Positions 62,993-64,000 of a stretch of DNA of 64,000 bases are shown here, one piece after another. The stretch's first letter is position 1. Each line of letters opens with the position of its first letter. The position numbers were made by a program, and so were the translations under genes. Source of the stretch: Betaproteobacteria bacterium Ga0077532 (GTDB taxonomy: Bacteria > Pseudomonadota > Gammaproteobacteria > Burkholderiales > Ga0077523); contig LNEE01000017.1 of the NCBI GenBank assembly GCA_001464895.1, positions 138,817 to 202,816 on the forward strand. The letters run 5' to 3'. A model generated the notes under the pieces. The model was not told where the DNA came from. It ran no database searches and was given only the letters and a program-made list of their open reading frames with translations.

Positions 62993-63544
62993 ATGACCCG
63001 GGTGATCCTGCTCAACAAACCCCACGGGGTGCAGAGCCAGTTCACCGGGTCGGAGGGCATCCGTACCCTTCGGGACTACGTCGATGTTCCCGGCGTGTAC
63101 CCGGCAGGTAGGCTCGATGCCGACAGCGAAGGCTTGTTGTTGCTGACGGACGACGGCGCCCTCCAGGCGCGCATCGCAGACCCCAGGCACAAGCTTCCGA
63201 AGACCTACCTGGCCCAGGTCGAAGGCGAGCCCACCGACGAGGCACTTGGACGACTCCGCACTGGCGTGGACCTCGGTGACTTCAAGTCACGGCCCGCGGA
63301 AGCACGGGCGATCGCGGAGCCGGACTGGCTCTGGCCCCGCGATCCCCCCGTCCGCTACCGTAGACACATCCCGACGACCTGGATCGAACTCATCCTGCGT
63401 GAGGGACGCAATCGACAGGTCCGACGGATGACCGCTGCTGTAGGATTCCCCACGCTACGCCTGATCAGGACAGCGATCGGCCCATACCGCTTGGACGGAT
63501 TGCCTCCGGGCCGATGGCGGGAGACTCCCGAGCGCCCGCAGTAG
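62993..63544 (+). CDS. rluE: RNA pseudouridine synthase (RsuA family, RluE-like)
   Basis: [12 protein letters not shown]; [10 protein letters not shown]; PTLRLIR. Confidence 0.88.
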   Translation: MTRVILLNKPHGVQSQFTGSEGIRTLRDYVDVPGVYPAGRLDADSEGLLLLTDDGALQARIADPRHKLPKTYLAQVEGEPTDEALGRLRTGVDLGDFKSRPAEARAIAEPDWLWPRDPPVRYRRHIPTTWIELILREGRNRQVRRMTAAVGFPTLRLIRTAIGPYRLDGLPPGRWRETPERPQ

Positions 63545-63554
63545 TCTCGAAACG

Positions 63555-63584
63555 AAAAGCCCGCCGGAAGGCGGGCTTTTCTTT
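63555..63584. terminator. Bidirectional intrinsic terminator
   Basis: aaaagcccgcc-ggaa-ggcgggcttttcttt between convergent genes. Confidence 0.88.
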
Positions 63585-63623
63585 GCAGGACAGGACCGTT
63601 GTCCGGTCAGTCCGGCGTATTGG

Positions 63624-64000
63624 TCAGCTGCGACGATTGCGGCGTGCGACCGAGGCGCCGAGGGCGGCGATCCCGATCAAGGCGAGCACACCGGGCTCGG
63701 GAATCGGCGTGGGTGTCACCGTCGAGGCGACTCGACCGAAGAAACCCAACCCGGAGTACACATAGTCGGCCGGCGCCGTCGTGCTCGAGCGGAACTCGAA
63801 AGTTCCCGTCAGTTCGCCTCGCTCAGTGATCTCGACACCTGAGAAGAGGTAGGCGAGCACCGTATCCGCAAAGGTGCCACGCTGACTCTTGTTGCCCGGG
63901 TTCGCAACTTCGTCGGGCTTCATCACGCCGACGATGTCCATGAGCTTCGCCTCGAATGGCGTCGGGAGGACCGGGCTGTTGGTGATACTCACGCTGAAGG
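63624..64000 (-). CDS. PEP-CTERM protein, C-terminal part; runs off the window edge
   Basis: TPTPIPEPGVLALIGIAALGASVARRNRRS; frame open to the window edge. Confidence 0.85.
   Translation of the reverse strand, partial: FSVSITNSPVLPTPFEAKLMDIVGVMKPDEVANPGNKSQRGTFADTVLAYLFSGVEITERGELTGTFEFRSSTTAPADYVYSGLGFFGRVASTVTPTPIPEPGVLALIGIAALGASVARRNRRS

Overview
High-GC bacterial chromosomal window. Gene order and protein styles point to a betaproteobacterium (inference). Housekeeping blocks are alr-lplT, tsaB-rimI-udg, ompR-envZ, msrB-thpR-ispDF, pap, corA, arfB and clpAS-icd-aceAB-rluE. Accessory modules sit between them. (1) A NiCoT-like / Fur-family / DmeF metal-homeostasis trio with shared candidate operator boxes. 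(2) An SDR / lambda-crystallin-like dehydrogenase / BKACE trio. (3) A cfa-like methyltransferase plus geranylgeranyl-reductase-like pair. (4) A cytochrome c plus sorbosone-dehydrogenase-like propeller. (5) A run of exported proteins around a signal-peptide-bearing acetamidase/formamidase. (6) An 11-gene MarR-associated cluster joining a stand-alone PaaA/BoxB-type diiron oxygenase and the gentisate pathway with BKACE, an acyl-CoA synthetase alpha subunit, a four-carbon acid-sugar kinase and PdxA2. (7) A PQQ dehydrogenase with a lanthanide-type DxD motif and a relocated vicinal Cys pair. There are also two PEP-CTERM proteins. No rRNA, tRNA, CRISPR array or mobile element was recognised. Start codons were chosen by eye, and all family calls come from motif recognition, not database searches.
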